Below, in pieces: positions 59,937-64,000 of a stretch of 64,000 bases of DNA. The stretch is from Isurus oxyrinchus. Taxonomy: Eukaryota. Made by a program: the position numbers and the translations under genes. The notes under the pieces were generated by a model. That model was not told the DNA's origin, did no database searches, and saw only the letters and a list, made by a program, of their open reading frames with translations. The stretch lies in assembly GCA_026770705.1 (NCBI GenBank), contig JANJGN010000002.1, positions 74,462,001 to 74,526,000 of the forward strand, read 5' to 3'. Each line of letters begins with the position of its first letter. Position 1 is the stretch's first letter.

Positions 59937-61718
59937 CAGTTCGCAATTGTCCACCCAGCCCATCCATGGTGGGCCACGTTTCTCGCCATCAGACGTCAGG
60001 AAGCTCATTGCAATAAATCAGCATATTATTATTAGGCCAGCTCACCAGAATCATCCCCCCATGCTGGATCAACATCAGCAAGAAAACATGCCGGTGCAGA
60101 ACATGTCTTGATAAGTGTGATGTGCAGATGTTGGGACTTAGCACCAGGGCCTTGCTCACATCAGAGACATCCAAGGAGCAGAAGGTGCTGCAGCTCGACA
60201 GCAACGGGACCCTGGAGGAACATCCATGGCATGCTGGGAGGATTCTCATGGACATGGCTCTGCTGAGAAGCAACTCATGGAAGGTGGGAAGTCACCTTTG
60301 AGGGTCTGCTCACAATGGATGATATTTGAGGGGGTGGACAGGAAGGTCCAGCTGTGTTTGGGAAAGGAAGGTCTCGGATTGACTGGGAGAGGAAGAGGTG
60401 TCGGAAGGGGGTGTGGTTGGGACGGGGGATTGAAACTGTCAGGGGGGAGGTCAGGAAGGGGGAGGGAATATCGGGGGAGGAGGGAGTAAAAAGGGAGGAG
60501 ACAGCAACTGGGGAGGTAGGTGTAAAGGATGGTGGAAGGTGTAAGGGAAGGAGTTCAGAGGGGGGAAGGAGTAAGGAGAGTGGAGGGAGCTCAGTGGGAG
60601 GAAGGGGGGTAGTAGGAGTGTGGAGAGGGGAGGGAGTAAGGCTGGAGGAAGAAGTAGGGCTGGAAGAAGGAGTTGGGAAGGGGGAAGGACTAAGATTGGT
60701 GGAAGAAGTAAGGGTGTTTGGAGGAGTGAGGAAGGGGGAAGAACTAAGTGGGGTGAGGGGGGAGCAGGAGCAGGGGTGGAGTCCAGAGGTGGGGAAGGAG
60801 TCCAGGGGGAGTAGGATTTCCATGGGAGAAGGAGTTCCAAGGAGGGAAGGTGTTCCAAGGGGGTGAGGAGTCCGGAGCAGGGGGGTTATCAAGGTGAACA
60901 TGAAAGGGAGGGCTCTGATAAGTCCATGACTGCCTCCTGGGCAGTGAACTGATGGTGGGACTGGTATGAGGGATTAGTGAGAATGACCAAGGGCAGAGTG
61001 AGGCAGTGGGGTGGGAGGGTGAGGGTTCAATGGTATCGGAAGAAACGACAGCGAGGGTGGTTCGTGGGAACTTGGAGGCAGACATGGACCCTTGGGTGAG
61101 AAGTAGGAGGTTGGGCAGGTTCCTGTGGATGGAGGTGGGATTTTCGGAAGGAAGGAAACATGCATGTTCACCTGGATATCCCTGAAAGAAAAGGGTTGTG
61201 CTGCCAGGTCACGGAGGGCAGGTGGAAAGTGTTGCAGGAAGGTTGACAGTGAGGGGGGAAAGGAAATGGGTGACTGGGGTAGGGGAAAGGGTTGGGAATG
61301 AAAGAAAAACTGTAGCACTACCATGCTAAATTGAAAGTGAAACGAGAGTCATGGTTGGTGAGATCAAGTGCTGCATGGGAGTGTGATCATTGGGTGGGCG
61401 GAGATGCAGGTCAGCTCAGATGGACCACTGAAAGTGAACCCCAGCAGGCAGCATTGAAAATGCTCAGGACATTAAAATGAGTGAGATGTGGGAAGGATCT
61501 TTGTGCATGGGAGAGTGCTTGCATGAGGCTCTGAAAGGCCTTGCCACACACACACACGCACACTTGTGGGTCGGCTGCATGCAGCTGAACAGCTGGTGTG
61601 GGTGGACTCGCAAAGCCGGTCAATGAAGCTGAAAGACATTACACATTATTCAGTGAAAGTGCACATAATTCCAGATTGTAAAGTGATGAAATGTGTTCAC
61701 CCATGCAACCAACACTGA

Positions 61719-63440
61719 TCAGAATTTCTTAACTTTTGAACACCTTGGCCTTCTAGTTGCTGCTCTGATGTCCACAGCAGGGGTGGAGACAGCCTGTGCA
61801 ATGGCTGACCCTGTTGCCTCTGATGCCTTTGGCATGTGCCCTCTGGATAGCTGAGGCCTTGGGGGCCCTAGCTTGCTTTGGCTGTCCTCCTGTGGGCCAG
61901 CTGTTCCCTCTGCAGTGACAGAGGCTGAGGTTGAGGGGCTCAGAGGCAAGGGGGACTCAGAGGGAGAGGACAGCTTCTGAGATTCCTGAGTGGATGATCC
62001 AGAGGTGTCCAGCTGACACTCCTCCTCCCTACGGGTGCCTGAGGACACAAGGGGCAGGAGCACCTGGAGGGATGTCAAGGTGCCCCGTTTCCCTCTCGCG
62101 TTGCCACTGCAGGAACTCACCCATAGCTATTATGATGGAGTGCAGGCCTGTGCACATTTCTGTGTTCTGCTCGAGCAGGGTCTCCATGGCTTCTGCCATC
62201 CTCTCATGGAGACCTCCATATGCACACATGTGGGCACCACTTCATCAAAGAGCAGGTGAATGCATTCCTCTGACTTGTGTGCCATTCTATTGAGGGTTTC
62301 CAACAGCTCCATGTGATATTCCCCCGCCTACTGCTGACTCTCCAGGATGAGTAGGAAGGCCAAATCCAGAGGTTCATCATCTGACTCAGACCTCACAGAT
62401 GCCTCTTCCCCAACAGTCCTCCAAGTGCCGGGGAGCTCAGCCAAACCTGCCCCCTCCTGCTGTGGCCATGTGTTCGTGCGGTGACCACTAGATTATGAAC
62501 CTAACCCTGCTGTAGATCTAGATCCCATCGAGGTGTGTGTCTCTGCGCTGGTGCAGGGTGTGGTTAAGTGCTGTGACGGGTCTTCCAGGCTGCTTATTTT
62601 CAGCTCTTCAATGGAGGAAGTGTCCTCTTGGCTGGAGCTGAGGACACAGATGGAGCTGAGGGCCTGGCTAGCTGAGGGCGTCGGTTGCCTGGCAGAGCTC
62701 CCTGTGAACCATAGAAGAGACAAGTAGTGCATGGCAGCAGAGTCAAAAGCAGGAGAGACAGCACTCACATTTGTATTGAGAGAGGGATGATGTGGTGCAG
62801 GATACTCATGAGGGTGTTCACCGCCGACCTCACTGTCACCGCAGGTACGGTCCATGTCCTCACCAGCCAGCATAATAGCACACTCCTCAAAGTGAGTGAG
62901 AGGCCTAATGTGGGCCACTCCGCCTCTGGTCTGGGATCTCTCCTTGCTGTTATGGGCCAGCTTCTCCTGCATGAAAACAGATGGCGGAAGTATGAGCAGG
63001 GCACATGGCACTGCATGGAATGTTTGTATGGTGAGTGGAGACATGGACGGGATGAGTATGTGAGCTCAAGGGGACATGAGTCTGAGGAATATGTGAAGGT
63101 GTGTGAGAGTTAGTGGTGTTGTCCCTTGAGATGTGAGATCCCTGTGGATATGTGATGGGTTTATGAGTTTGTGAATTGAGAGTGATGAGAGAAAAGTGAG
63201 TTACCCTGGCGGAACAAAAGAGATCATTCATCCTCTGCAGTATTGGGTGGCTGTTCTCTTCTGCAGGGTGTTGATGCTGACCCCCGCTGCCACCGCCTCC
63301 CAACCCAGATTGGTTATGTTGCTGCCCGTCCAGAGTTGGGGTAGGGGACATCATGGTAAGCCTCCACTGCATCCAAAAGGTACTCGAGGTATGTGTCATT
63401 AAACCTGGGGCCTGCAGTCATTTCAGGCCATGTCTTCCAT
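61719..63440 (-). pseudogene. Harbinger Myb/SANT-like gene, exons 63440-63205, 62966-62810, 62701-61719
   Basis: RMNDLFCSAR/gtaact, EKLAHNSKERSQTRGGVAHIRPLTHFEECAI, ends SKVKKF*; intron 2 donor mutated to atgagt. Confidence 0.85.
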
Positions 63441-64000
63441 GCAGCAATCATGGGCTGGAAGCACTGAGAAGTTGCACTTGTTTGCACTTTAAATATGGCA
63501 CCTGGCGTAATGAATCATCGAGGTGATGGCATGGCAGGCAAATGAGAGTCTGCCCACCATCGAAATGGTGTGTTTCCCAGCAATGCAGAATTAATGCAGC
63601 AGGATTGGAATGATATGGCAGGAGAAGCAGCCATTGCAGCTGGCGGGTAAAATGTTGCTCTTCCTGCCCACTACCTCATGGTGCAAAGCTGGGACGATTC
63701 CGCCCTATGACCACACATGCCAACATTTACTCTTCTTTCAATGTTTGCACGACAAGTAAATCTTGAACATTTTAATTGCCATTCCAAGTTAGAAAATCAA
63801 ACTGTAAGTAGAGGAATGCAAAGAAAAAACTGAAATTTCTCTAGAAGGATAAAGTTTGTGGCCTGAGAATTTTAACACACATTTACAGTCGGAGCAACTA
63901 CTAAAAGATGTTACAAAGAAGCAACATTACCTCAGATTAACTGAGGTTTTATCCATTGTTCTGCCACCAAAAACATCAAAAATAGATTAACTGACTTTCA

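Larger units (their letters stand above)
59167..63705 (-). mobile_element. PIF/Harbinger transposon C (Myb/SANT gene only), TSD TAT
   Basis: tat at 59164-66 and 63706-08; terminus gggacgattccgccc; colinear with 13034-16490. Confidence 0.9.

Overview
Eukaryotic, repeat-dominated vertebrate DNA. The repeat repertoire (CR1, L2, RTE, DeuSINE, Penelope-like and Harbinger families) points to a cartilaginous fish; this is an inference. No intact host protein-coding gene is recognisable: the long ORFs are transposon remnants or low-complexity artefacts. Main contents: (1) many nested CR1/L2/RTE LINE fragments and three SINE families; (2) two clades of Penelope-like elements (PLEs), each ending in its own minimal hammerhead ribozyme (HHR), plus a dispersed family of short, often palindromic double-hammerhead PLE derivatives, some with target-site duplications (TSDs); (3) related PIF/Harbinger transposons: one with a transposase remnant plus a convergent 3-exon Myb/SANT gene, two carrying only the Myb/SANT gene and a C-rich tract, several MITEs, and two elements inserted at the same nucleotide of CR1; (4) a solo LTR swollen by 23-bp and 32-bp minisatellite arrays; (5) a 198-bp locally templated insertion; (6) a CpG-retaining minus-strand promoter near 47.9 kb with candidate non-coding exons, suggesting a lncRNA. 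All family names come from motif recognition, not database searches.
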